From NCBI GenBank assembly GCA_023475345.1, contig JAMCWD010000034.1:7691-71690 (forward strand): a stretch of 64,000 bases of DNA, in the 5' to 3' direction. Source of the DNA: Chloroflexota bacterium. GTDB taxonomy: Bacteria; Vulcanimicrobiota; JAMCWD01. The translations under genes were made by a program, and so were the position numbers. Under the pieces are notes generated by a model, which was not told where the DNA came from, did not search any database, and saw only the letters and a list, made by a program, of their open reading frames with translations. The first letter of the stretch is position 1, and the number at the start of each line of letters is the position of its first letter. Positions 38,445 to 47,415 of this stretch are shown here, in pieces.

Positions 38445-41260
38445 TTAACTACTGCGGCCTCAACTACATCAAGGCAGCGCGGGCACAACTCGGGATGCTC
38501 GGCGGAGCCGGACAATTTTTCATAAGTTATCCAGCACCGGGAACACTTCTCGCCCGCTGCTTTTTCTATCAGGCATTTCCCCTTTATCTCGCCCGCCATA
38601 TCAGATGCGCCGCCGGGCGCATCGCTTAAATCTTTAATATCAAGCTGGGAAACGATCAGGAGCGTCCTCAGAAGATCCTGGTTTTCCAAAGCGACCTTAA
38701 GATCGCCGCCTTCGAGGTATAATGACAGTTTCGAATCCAGAGGCTGTGATATGACTTTCTCTGCCCGTTTCTTTTCCATCTCCTGGTAAACGGCTTCCCT
38801 GAGACCCAGGAAAAACTTCCAGCGCCCGGATTCCTCTTCGGAAAGCAGGCTTTCCGGGAAACCGGGCCAGTCGGCAAGGTGGACGGAGATAGTTTCTTCT
38901 TTTCTTCCCGGTATCTCCTGCCATATCTCCTCGGCGGTGAAGCTGACTATCGGGAACAAAACAACAGCCAGCGCGCTCACGATATGATAAATCGCCGTCT
39001 GGGCCGACCTCCGCTCCGGCGATCCGGCAGGCGCGGTGTACAACCGGTCTTTCAAAGGATCCAGATATAACGATGAAAGATCGATGATGCAGAGGTTGTG
39101 CGTGAGCGTGTACACCAGGTGGAAGTTATAGCTGCTATATGCAGATTTGATTTTATCGATCACTTCTCTTGTGCGGGATAATGCCCAGCGGTCGTATTCC
39201 AGCATTGCGTCGAACGGGACGAAGTCTTCAGCCGGGTTGAAATCGTAAAGGTTCCCGAGCAGGAACCTGGCGGTGTTCCGGATTTTCCTGTAAACTTCGG
39301 AAGTATGTTTTACGCCGTCCGGGTACACCCTGATGTCGGAGGTGTAATCAAGGGAAGAGAGGTAAAGGCGTAATATGTCGGCGCCGAACTGGTTGACGAG
39401 GTCCATCGGGTCGATAACGTTCCCGAGGGACTTGTGCATGGTCTTCCCTTTTTCATCGAGCACCCAGCCATGCGTTAAAACAGTGTGATACGGGGCTTTG
39501 CCCCTGACTGCAACCGCAGGCAGGAGTGAAAGCTGGAACCAGCCGCGGTGCTGGTCGCTCCCTTCAAGATACAGGTCGGGCGGCCATCTCAATTCTTCCC
39601 TGACCGCGCAAACGGCTTCCTGGCTTGATCCAGATTCGAACCATACGTCGAAAATGTCCGAGCCTTTTTCGATATCGCTCCCGCTACAATGGGGGCAGGC
39701 ATAGCCGCCGGGCAGGAGCTCCTTAGCGGAATACATGAACCAACTGTTGCTGCCTTCTTTTCTGAACCTTTCCTCTATTGCTTTTATGGCTGCGGGATCA
39801 AGGATGGTCTTCCCGCAATCTTTGCATACGAAAGTCGGTATCGGGACTCCCCAGATCCTCTGGCGGGAAATACACCAGTCCGGGCGCGTTTCCAGCATCC
39901 CCCGGAACCTGTCTTCGCCCCATGCCGGGACCCACTGGACGTCCTTGATGGCTTCCAGGGCGGCTTTCCGGAGTCCGCCTTCTTCCATGCTGACGAACGA
40001 CTGCTCGGTGGCTCTGAAGATAACGGGTTTCCGGCATCTCCAGCAATGCGGGTATGAATGGAATTTATCGCCCAACCCCAGCAGGTGACCGGTTTTTTTC
40101 AGATGGTCGATGATGGCATCGTTGGCCTCGGTATATTTAAGACCTTTGAATTCGCCTGCTTCTTCGGTCATGCGTCCCATGTCGTCAACCGGCACGAGCA
40201 CGGGGAGATCATACTGCTGGCCTGCATAGAAATCTTCGGCCCCGTGTCCCGGCGCGGTATGAACCAGGCCTGTCCCGCCGGTTTCAGGATCCATTGTTAC
40301 ATAATTCTGCGTTATCAGGAGCGACTTACGGGGCAGGAACGGGTGGAGCGCATTCAGCCTTTCAACTTCTGCCCCCTTGAACTTGCCGATAATTTTATAA
40401 TCCGATACGCCGATGTTTTTAAATACTTCGGCGAGCAGGGGCTCCGCTATGATGAGCGCGCCTTTTTCAGTTTCGACAAGCACATACTCCGCTTCGGGAT
40501 GGAGGGCTATCGCCAGGTTCCCGGGGAGAGTCCACGGGGTGGTAGTCCAGATAAGAGCGGAGAAATCTTTATCGTATCCGAATTTTTCTTTTGCGAATTC
40601 TTTCAGGTCTTCATCCGCATCGAACTTGACGTATATTGAAGGACTGGTTTTATCATGGTATTCGATCTCGGCCTCGGCAAGCGCCGTCTCACAATGGGAG
40701 CACCAGTAAATCGGCCTTTTGCCCCGGTAAACCATGCCCTTTTCCACCATGATCCTGAAAACCTTTATGATGGCGGCTTCGTATGAGTGATGGAGCGTCA
40801 GGTACGGATGTTCCCAGTCGCCTGTAATTCCAAGCCTTATGAACTGGTCTTTCTGGACTTCGACGAAATGGAGAGCGGACTCCGCACACTTTTCCCTCAG
40901 TTCAAGCGGCTCTATTTCTTTACGGTTTATTTTGAAGGTCTTGATGGTCTGCATCTCGTTCGGGAGGCCGTGAGTATCCCATCCCGGGATGTAAGGGGAA
41001 TAATGCCCCACAAGGTTATGATACTTGACTATGATGTCCTTGAGGATCTTGTTGAGCGCCTGTCCCAGGTGGATAGGGCCGTTGGAGTAAGGAGGGCCGT
41101 CATGGAGGATAAATACCGGCGAATTCCGGGTCTTGTCCTGGACTTTTTTATATACATCGTATTCCCGCCATATCGTGAGCATTTCAGGCTCCCTGGAAGG
41201 AAGGTTGGCCTTCATGGGAAAATCGGTCTGGGGCAGGTTGAGAGTTTTCCTGTATTCCAA
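38441..41260 (-). CDS. ileS: Isoleucine-tRNA ligase
   Basis: PPYSNGPIHLGQ (HIGH region), KMHKSLGN (KMSKS), and a C-terminal zinc-binding CSRCW...CPRC. Confidence 0.96.
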   Translation of the reverse strand: MEYRKTLNLPQTDFPMKANLPSREPEMLTIWREYDVYKKVQDKTRNSPVFILHDGPPYSNGPIHLGQALNKILKDIIVKYHNLVGHYSPYIPGWDTHGLPNEMQTIKTFKINRKEIEPLELREKCAESALHFVEVQKDQFIRLGITGDWEHPYLTLHHSYEAAIIKVFRIMVEKGMVYRGKRPIYWCSHCETALAEAEIEYHDKTSPSIYVKFDADEDLKEFAKEKFGYDKDFSALIWTTTPWTLPGNLAIALHPEAEYVLVETEKGALIIAEPLLAEVFKNIGVSDYKIIGKFKGAEVERLNALHPFLPRKSLLITQNYVTMDPETGGTGLVHTAPGHGAEDFYAGQQYDLPVLVPVDDMGRMTEEAGEFKGLKYTEANDAIIDHLKKTGHLLGLGDKFHSYPHCWRCRKPVIFRATEQSFVSMEEGGLRKAALEAIKDVQWVPAWGEDRFRGMLETRPDWCISRQRIWGVPIPTFVCKDCGKTILDPAAIKAIEERFRKEGSNSWFMYSAKELLPGGYACPHCSGSDIEKGSDIFDVWFESGSSQEAVCAVREELRWPPDLYLEGSDQHRGWFQLSLLPAVAVRGKAPYHTVLTHGWVLDEKGKTMHKSLGNVIDPMDLVNQFGADILRLYLSSLDYTSDIRVYPDGVKHTSEVYRKIRNTARFLLGNLYDFNPAEDFVPFDAMLEYDRWALSRTREVIDKIKSAYSSYNFHLVYTLTHNLCIIDLSSLYLDPLKDRLYTAPAGSPERRSAQTAIYHIVSALAVVLFPIVSFTAEEIWQEIPGRKEETISVHLADWPGFPESLLSEEESGRWKFFLGLREAVYQEMEKKRAEKVISQPLDSKLSLYLEGGDLKVALENQDLLRTLLIVSQLDIKDLSDAPGGASDMAGEIKGKCLIEKAAGEKCSRCWITYEKLSGSAEHPELCPRCLDVVEAAVVK

Positions 41261-41332
41261 CTGGGTACCTCCTTATTTAATGAAAGACGCCGGCCACGGT
41301 AATGGCCGGCGTATGCAATGCTAGACGCTGCA

Positions 41333-42178
41333 TCATTTTGCCGTTGTATGGGCCGTATAAAGCTCCATCGCTTCCTTTTCTTCTTCGAGATAAGTGCCGA
41401 GACGTTTCATCAACAGGCCGAAATCGACTTTGTGCCCGTCGAACTCGGGGCCGTCAACACAGGAAAAACGGGTTTCCCCTCCGACCTCACAGCGGCATGC
41501 GCCGCACATGCCCGTCCCGTCAACCATGATGGCATTGAGGCTCACCATAGTTTTTACTCCGTAAGGTTCGGTAGTACCGGCGACGAATTTCATCATGATA
41601 GCCGGGCCTATGGCGAACACAAGGTCTGGTTTGGCGTTTTCCAGTATATCTTTCAGGGGGACGGTAACGACCCCTTTTATCCCGCGGCAGCCGTCATCGG
41701 TGCAGAGCTTGAATTCATCGGAAAGTTTTTCGAAGCGGTCTTCCCAAAAAAGAAGGTTGCCTGTCCTGGCTCCCATGATCGTTATTACTTTGTTCCCGGC
41801 TTTTTTTAGCTCCCGCGCTATTGGATAAATCGGCGCTATTCCAAGGCCGCCCGCCACCATCACGACCGTGCCGTATTTTTCGATCTCGGTGGGCTTGCCC
41901 AGCGGGCCGACGAGATCCTGGATCTCGTTCCCCGGCTCAAGTGTTCCGAGCTGGGTGGAAGATTTGCCTACTTCCTGAAATACCAGCGTTATGGTGCCTT
42001 TTTCGGCGTCCCAGTCGGCGAGGGTAAGCGGGATGCGCTCGCCGTGCTCGTCTATCCTCAATATGATAAATTGACCGGCCTTTGCCTTGCCTGCGATAAG
42101 AGGTGCTTCCACCTCCATGAGCTTGGTTACGGGACCGAGTACTTCTTTATGAACAATCTTATAAGGCATAATCAACAC
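41333..42178 (-). CDS. Sulfide/dihydroorotate dehydrogenase-like FAD/NAD-binding protein (NfnA/SudB/PyrK-like small subunit)
   Basis: GQFIILRI...ERIPLT (FAD motif), MVAGGLGIAP (NAD motif), and a C-terminal 2Fe-2S motif GTGMCGACRC...FSCVDGPEF. Confidence 0.8.
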   Translation of the reverse strand: MLIMPYKIVHKEVLGPVTKLMEVEAPLIAGKAKAGQFIILRIDEHGERIPLTLADWDAEKGTITLVFQEVGKSSTQLGTLEPGNEIQDLVGPLGKPTEIEKYGTVVMVAGGLGIAPIYPIARELKKAGNKVITIMGARTGNLLFWEDRFEKLSDEFKLCTDDGCRGIKGVVTVPLKDILENAKPDLVFAIGPAIMMKFVAGTTEPYGVKTMVSLNAIMVDGTGMCGACRCEVGGETRFSCVDGPEFDGHKVDFGLLMKRLGTYLEEEKEAMELYTAHTTAK

Positions 42179-42252
42179 CTCGTCAAAACTAAGCAGGAAA
42201 ATAAAAGATTAAGGCTTATTCTCTTTGTCCTCTGTATTTCCTACCGGTTATA

Positions 42253-42492
42253 TTATTCCGACGCCCACTTTTTAACCTGTGATTTAAGAGCGGCGGACAC
42301 CTGTTCCTTGATATAATCCTTTTTCTCTTCGCTCAATTGCTCGAATATGTAAAACATTATTCCTGCAATAAGCCCGCCTAAAAGAGACACTAGGAAAACT
42401 TTCCCTGCGCCGGCACAACATTCACTGACAGTTTTTTCTTCAATTTCATCAGGTTTTGCAACGATGGATTTCTTTTCAATCTCTTCCGTCAT
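42253..42492 (-). CDS. Small single-pass membrane protein (YtxH-like architecture)
   Basis: One central TM segment (FLVSLLGGLIAGIMFYIF) flanked by K/E-rich helices. Confidence 0.35.
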   Translation of the reverse strand: MTEEIEKKSIVAKPDEIEEKTVSECCAGAGKVFLVSLLGGLIAGIMFYIFEQLSEEKKDYIKEQVSAALKSQVKKWASE

Positions 42493-42830
42493 AATAAAGG
42501 TCTCCTTCCATCAAATTTATATTTAAGCCTGTCCGGGTAAGATTCACGAAGGTTTTCCAGGCCGTAAAATAATGACTTTAAAATGGGAATAGCCGATATT
42601 TCCTGCTCCGGCGTCAGCTTGCGTTTCAATTTTAATTTAATATTGCCCGGCCGGATATCGAGGCTGGAAATGCAATTCAACTTTTCCAGGGAAAGAGCTG
42701 CATTTTGAATTAGAACAGATGCGGCTGCGCAGGCCAGATCTTTTCCATGAGGAGCGGTTCCCAGATGCCCGCGGGCTTCTATAGATAATAACCTTCTCCT
42801 GGCATTACTCCTCAGTCTGAGGTTCAGCAT
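42489..42830 (-). CDS. prp: Ribosomal-processing cysteine protease Prp
   Basis: GH...AP.GKDLACAAASVL (His/Cys dyad pattern). Sits directly after rplU. Confidence 0.75.
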   Translation of the reverse strand: MLNLRLRSNARRRLLSIEARGHLGTAPHGKDLACAAASVLIQNAALSLEKLNCISSLDIRPGNIKLKLKRKLTPEQEISAIPILKSLFYGLENLRESYPDRLKYKFDGRRPLL

Positions 42831-43413
42831 CTTTCTTTTTCGCTTTTGCTTTCGGAGCGTCCTTCACGGCTTTTTCTTTCTTGACTTTTGCCGCTGCGGG
42901 TTTTTTCGTTTTTGCAGTCGTCTTCTTTTCCGCCGCAGGTTTCGCCTTGGCTTTTGCCGTCCCGGCCTTGCCCGCTGTTTTTTTAGCGGCTCCGGATTTG
43001 CCGGCCTTTTCAGGTTCGGCACCGGTTTCAGCGGCTGCTTTTTTCTCCACCTTCGGTTTTTCAATCTTTTCTCTTACAGGCTTGACGCCTTTGATGCCGC
43101 TTGCCTCTATCGACTCGATCTCAACGAGAGTATAGGGCTGGCGATGGCCGCGCTTGACATGGTAACGCTTGCGGCGCTTGTATTTGAATACGGTAACTTT
43201 GCGCTCCCTGCTTTGAGAAAGTATCGTAGCTTTGACTTGTGCATCCTGGATGTAAGGCGCGCCGGGCTTCAACTCCTGGTTGTCGCCCACTACCATGAGA
43301 ACACGGTTCAGAATTACTTCGTCGCCTTTTTTGCCTTCTACTTTTTCAATCTTTACTTGATCTCCGGGGCTTACTTTATACTGTTTTCCCCCAGTTTCCA
43401 TAACAGCGTACAT
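42805..43413 (-). CDS. rplU: 50S ribosomal protein L21 with a lysine/alanine-rich C-terminal extension of about 100 aa
   Basis: MYAVMETGGKQYKV..GD...EK. A GGAGG RBS precedes the ATG at 43411-43413. Residues 104-202 are KA-rich. Confidence 0.9.
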   Translation of the reverse strand: MYAVMETGGKQYKVSPGDQVKIEKVEGKKGDEVILNRVLMVVGDNQELKPGAPYIQDAQVKATILSQSRERKVTVFKYKRRKRYHVKRGHRQPYTLVEIESIEASGIKGVKPVREKIEKPKVEKKAAAETGAEPEKAGKSGAAKKTAGKAGTAKAKAKPAAEKKTTAKTKKPAAAKVKKEKAVKDAPKAKAKKKDAEPQTEE

Positions 43414-43509
43414 GGGAGTTCCCTCCTTATAAGATAACAAGGAACATAATATCAAAACGCCCGTTCCTTTGTCAAGAAAATATTGACGCTCTTTTATTTA
43501 TTTATGCTA

Positions 43510-43538
43510 TTGCCTTGGATGCCGGGGCATGGTATAAT
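43510..43538 (+). promoter_or_regulatory. Sigma-70 promoter with extended -10, upstream of rpsT
   Basis: TTGCCT (43510-43515), a 17-nt spacer ending in TGg, then TATAAT (43533-43538). Confidence 0.65.
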
Positions 43539-43570
43539 ATCCACGCTTTTTCGAAAAAGGAGGAATTGTC

Positions 43571-43852
43571 TTGAAAAAAGGTATCCAGGCAGAAAAAAGA
43601 ATCCGCCAGAACATTAAAAGGCGGGAGAGAAATAACGCTTATAAGTCCCTTGTAAAGGGCACTTTTAAACATGCAACGAGGGCGCTGGAAGGCGAAAAGC
43701 CTGAAGCTGAAACTGCGGAGCTTATAAAGACCGCCGTTAAAGCGGTTGATAAGGCCGCCCAGAAAGGCGTCGTCCACAAAAAGACCGCAGCTCGCAAAAA
43801 GTCCCGGCTGATGAAGAAATATAACAGGCTTACCAAAAAAGAAGAAGCCTGA
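43571..43852 (+). CDS. rpsT: 30S ribosomal protein S20
   Basis: AEKRIRQNIKRRERNNAYKS...K, AAQKGVVHKKTAARKKSRL. TTG start after a GGAGG RBS. Confidence 0.88.
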   Translation: MKKGIQAEKRIRQNIKRRERNNAYKSLVKGTFKHATRALEGEKPEAETAELIKTAVKAVDKAAQKGVVHKKTAARKKSRLMKKYNRLTKKEEA

Positions 43853-43859
43853 ACGAATT

Positions 43860-43922
43860 AAATACCCGGCGCCTGTTTTATTTTAATACGCTTCGCTTTT
43901 AAAATTGCCGGGTATTTTATTT
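43860..43922 (+). terminator. Putative terminator after rpsT (long-loop hairpin)
   Basis: AATACCCGGC (43861-43870) pairs with GCCGGGTATT (43907-43916), followed by a T-rich run. The loop is 36 nt. Confidence 0.45.
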
Positions 43923-44094
43923 CGGCAATTACCCCGGAGAAGCATAAGCTTCTCTTTTTTTATCAGGATATTTTTCAAGCAGTATTTTCACGAATTGTTT
44001 ATATTGAACGGAAAACTTGAGCATAATTCTTGCATTTGAACCCGTATTGTTTTATATTTAAAAGAGAATTTTTCCTTATACTATTTTCAAGGGA

Positions 44095-45114
44095 GTGGGT
44101 ATGATAATGAAACTTCATCAATATTTAAAAATTGTTATAATTTTTGCAGTTCTGGCTGCGGCTATTTTTTTCGTCATTCCCGCAGTTTCAAAAACTGAAG
44201 ATAAGAGTGTTCATGTGTGGGATTGGAGGAGCGGGAAGTGTATTTACAAATTGGACCGGACAGGCAAACAGGCTGACGCGGTTGCTTTCTCTTCGAATGG
44301 CAAATTGCTGGCCGCCGGGTTGTACGGGGGAGATATCAATATTTACGATGCGAATTCCGGCAGGCTGAAATCTGTTTGTAAGGGGCACCAGGGACCTGTA
44401 AATACCGTGGCTTTTTCCCCGGATGGCAGTTTAATAGCATCCGGTTCCGCAGATAAGACTATATGTTTCTGGAACATGGACGGGAAGCTGCTCAAGGTAT
44501 TTAAAAAGCTTGCCAATCCTTTAACATGGGTGATATTCCTGCCGGATGGAAAAAGTCTTCTTGTCAGTTCGTGCGAAAATATCGCCAGGTTATACGATGT
44601 TAATGACGGAAAACTCCTGGCTTCTTTCCCCGGATCCAGTTGCGATGTGAGTTCTCTTGCCGTTTCCCCCGACGGAAATAAAATAGCCGCCGGTTCCAGG
44701 GACAGTACGGTTAACGTATGGGATATCAGCGGAAAACTTTTATATACGCTAGCAGGGCACCGTCATGGTGTGAGCGCCGTAGCATTCTCGCCCGACGGGG
44801 AAATTCTGGCTACCGGCGCCGGAGATAAGCAGTTGCGGATCTGGGATGCGAAAAACGGAAACCTGGAAAGAACCATCAACGCAAACACTTCCAGGATATA
44901 CAACTTAACCTATTCTCCTGACGGTTCGCTTATTGCCGGAGCCTGCATCGATAAAGCCGTAAGAGTCTGGAATATGAAGAGCGGTAAGCTTGTAGAGATA
45001 TATAGAGGGCATGACGACCAGGTCGTAAGGCTGGCATTTTCCCCGGACGGGAGATATATAGCCTCGGTGCCGGGCACCGGCAACCTTAAAAAGCAAAAAC
45101 CGGGCCAGGATTAA
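44095..45114 (+). CDS. Membrane-anchored WD40-repeat protein
   Basis: An N-terminal TM segment (IVIIFAVLAAAIFFVIPAV), then seven units of the type GH...V..VAFSPDG..(I/L)A(S/T)G..D..(I/V)..W. Confidence 0.8.
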   Translation: MGMIMKLHQYLKIVIIFAVLAAAIFFVIPAVSKTEDKSVHVWDWRSGKCIYKLDRTGKQADAVAFSSNGKLLAAGLYGGDINIYDANSGRLKSVCKGHQGPVNTVAFSPDGSLIASGSADKTICFWNMDGKLLKVFKKLANPLTWVIFLPDGKSLLVSSCENIARLYDVNDGKLLASFPGSSCDVSSLAVSPDGNKIAAGSRDSTVNVWDISGKLLYTLAGHRHGVSAVAFSPDGEILATGAGDKQLRIWDAKNGNLERTINANTSRIYNLTYSPDGSLIAGACIDKAVRVWNMKSGKLVEIYRGHDDQVVRLAFSPDGRYIASVPGTGNLKKQKPGQD

Positions 45115-45160
45115 TTTCGGATGCTCCGGCGCAGCCCGGTGCCTGCTTTGAATGTGAACT

Positions 45161-45664
45161 CTACTTGTGCTTGACGGGAAAAACGAAGATGCTTTTTATG
45201 GTGTCCTTTTGGACCAGGAAGCCTATGCCGTCTTTTTCGAAGGCAACATAACGCATTTCCTGCCGGGCGAAATTTTGAAATTTATAATTTGAGCCGAATT
45301 GCAATATAACAACTCTGAAATCGGTTCCCGGCTTGATACCGTCTTTAGTTGAATAAACATCAATAGTGGTAAATATCATATCGGCGCCTGACTTATCGAA
45401 CTGGATGAAGAAATCGGAATTCTTTCCGTATTCCCACTGGATCTTTTTTTCAACCGGGTTTTGCGCTACGGTTGTCGGCTTCCCGAGCAGGGCTTCAATC
45501 TGCTCGGGTTTGCTTCCCAGTTTTAGCGGGCCTATGCGCTCCCCCGGCACTATCAGGTTGTCCTCGGGAGGAGCCTGCTGTTCCTCGCCTCCAAGCGCGG
45601 GCAGCGCCTGACATCCAAGTATGACGATCAATAAAATCAAAATTGTTTTAAAAATTTCTTTCAT
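45161..45664 (-). CDS. Putative lipoprotein, function unknown
   Basis: MKEIFKTILILLIVILGC (signal peptide plus lipobox-like LGC). Confidence 0.45.
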   Translation of the reverse strand: MKEIFKTILILLIVILGCQALPALGGEEQQAPPEDNLIVPGERIGPLKLGSKPEQIEALLGKPTTVAQNPVEKKIQWEYGKNSDFFIQFDKSGADMIFTTIDVYSTKDGIKPGTDFRVVILQFGSNYKFQNFARQEMRYVAFEKDGIGFLVQKDTIKSIFVFPVKHK

Positions 45665-45821
45665 AATCTCTTAATTTTACTACAACGAGTTTTTATTTTC
45701 CTTTTCAAAATAATTTTTCATGAAAAATTCTATTTCGAAGCGATACGAATTTATCAGGTTCAAACAGGACACGCAGGTCAGGCGTAGAAGGAAAAAAGAG
45801 ATACAGGCCGGGAGGATCGTT

Positions 45822-47288
45822 ATGAAAACAAGGGTTACGGCATTGATACTGGCGATCTTGATATCACTTGCATGTGTAGTTTTCGCCGAAGACAAAAAGC
45901 CCCAGGAAATCAAGCCTGATGCGGTTAAAGCGGTGCCGGGCAAACAGGTAACCCTCAAATTTATCTATCCTGCCGGTTCGGGCTACCAGCCGGATGTTAT
46001 CAAAAATGAGATATCGGGATTCGAAAAACTTCATCCGAACATTAAAGTCGAAGCCGATTTTCCCAATTATGACGAAACTTATCCGAAGATCGTACAGGCG
46101 GCACCATCGGGCTACGACGTGATTACGATGGATTGTATCTGGACTGCGGAGTTCGCTGCTAAGGGCTACGTCATGCCTGCGGATAAGGAGATTGGCCCGG
46201 AAGCTCGGAAGGATTTAACGCCCGCCGTGCTTTCGGCATTCGACTACGGGGGGCATCTATGGGGGATGCCGTTCCTGGCGAATTTCCAGCTTTTGTTTTA
46301 CAACCGTTATCACCTTGAAAGGGCGGGATATAAGCGGCCTCCCATAACGCTCGAAGAGATGGAAGATATGATGAAGACCATAAAGGAAAAGAAGGTTGTC
46401 GATTTTCCTTTTATGGATGCGTGGAATAAAAGGGAAGGGCTTGTCTGCGAATATGTATGGATGACGGGCGCTTATGGTGGCGAGCTTTTTGATGATAAGG
46501 GGAACCCGGTTTTCAACAGGGGGCCGGGGCTTACTGCGCTTGAGACCATGGTGCGCTGGAAAAAAGAAGGCCTTGTTGACCCGGAGGCTATTAATCCTAA
46601 AAATCCCGATGCCGATGAGCGTCTGGTTAAGGACAAGTTTCTCAGCGGCAGTTGTTCGTTCTGTACCAACTGGACTTTCCAGTATGCCCTGATGAAAGAC
46701 TCCAAGGTGTCGAAGGTTTCCTATTATGCCGATATGGCGCTGATACCGCTTTCAAAAAGCTGCTATCGCAAAAAGGTTATCAAGACAAGCACCGTGAGCG
46801 GCTTCCAGGCGCTTGCCGTCATGGCCGGATCGGCCCATCCCGATGAAGCATGGGAATTTATAAAATATATAACGCGGCCTGAATTCACGGCGGCAAATTT
46901 GAGCGAGACGCCTGTATGGCTTTCGGTACAGAAGTCGGCCGATGCAGGCATGAAAGACCCCTGCTTGAAAATAAAATCGATAGAGATGTCAGGCGCACAT
47001 CACCGCCCGAAAGTCCCCGGTTACAGGGAAGTCTCCGGGATCCTCCAGAAGTATCTGACCGAGGCGCTCAATGAAGAAAGATCCCCTACGGATGCTCTGA
47101 ACCGGGCGGCGCTGGAAATTGAGGCGCTGACCAACCCGGCCAAAAAAGAACAGCTTGAAAAGACCCGGGAAGCAATAGAAAAACAAAAACAGGAGCAGAA
47201 GAAGAATACAATCCAGCCCGAAAAAAAGACTGACCGGGAAACGACAAATACCGTAGAAAAAGTGCAGAAACAGGACGAGAAAAAGTAA
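45822..47288 (+). CDS. ABC transporter substrate-binding protein (family 1, sugar-type) with a K/E/Q-rich C-terminal tail
   Basis: MKTRVTALILAILISLACVVFA signal peptide after a GGGAGG RBS. SBP_bac_1-like body (LKFIY...GYDVITMDCIW...). Confidence 0.7.
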   Translation: MKTRVTALILAILISLACVVFAEDKKPQEIKPDAVKAVPGKQVTLKFIYPAGSGYQPDVIKNEISGFEKLHPNIKVEADFPNYDETYPKIVQAAPSGYDVITMDCIWTAEFAAKGYVMPADKEIGPEARKDLTPAVLSAFDYGGHLWGMPFLANFQLLFYNRYHLERAGYKRPPITLEEMEDMMKTIKEKKVVDFPFMDAWNKREGLVCEYVWMTGAYGGELFDDKGNPVFNRGPGLTALETMVRWKKEGLVDPEAINPKNPDADERLVKDKFLSGSCSFCTNWTFQYALMKDSKVSKVSYYADMALIPLSKSCYRKKVIKTSTVSGFQALAVMAGSAHPDEAWEFIKYITRPEFTAANLSETPVWLSVQKSADAGMKDPCLKIKSIEMSGAHHRPKVPGYREVSGILQKYLTEALNEERSPTDALNRAALEIEALTNPAKKEQLEKTREAIEKQKQEQKKNTIQPEKKTDRETTNTVEKVQKQDEKK

Positions 47289-47302
47289 TAATTAAACAGC
47301 AG

Positions 47303-47356
47303 TGTCCGATAAAAAGATCAGGCGTATTAAATTTTATCCCGGTTTTTTATCGGACA
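47303..47356. terminator. Bidirectional hairpin between convergent genes
   Basis: TGTCCGATAAAAA (47303-47315) is the exact reverse complement of TTTTTATCGGACA (47344-47356). Confidence 0.55.
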
Positions 47357-47415
47357 GCTTTTAACATGAGCATTCGCCGGGTTAGTACTCATGCCTTACC
47401 GCCCGACTCCAGGAG

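Noticed and set aside
41261-41332. Possible T-box leader upstream of ileS
   Set aside because: Only about 70 nt separate ileS from the upstream gene, too short for a T-box. No specifier or T-box sequence was seen.
42864-43135. KR-rich 66-aa ORF and hydrophobic 84-aa ORF within the rplU tail region
   Set aside because: These are alternative-frame readings of the low-complexity Lys/Ala-coding DNA. The L21 frame is continuous from a canonical core.
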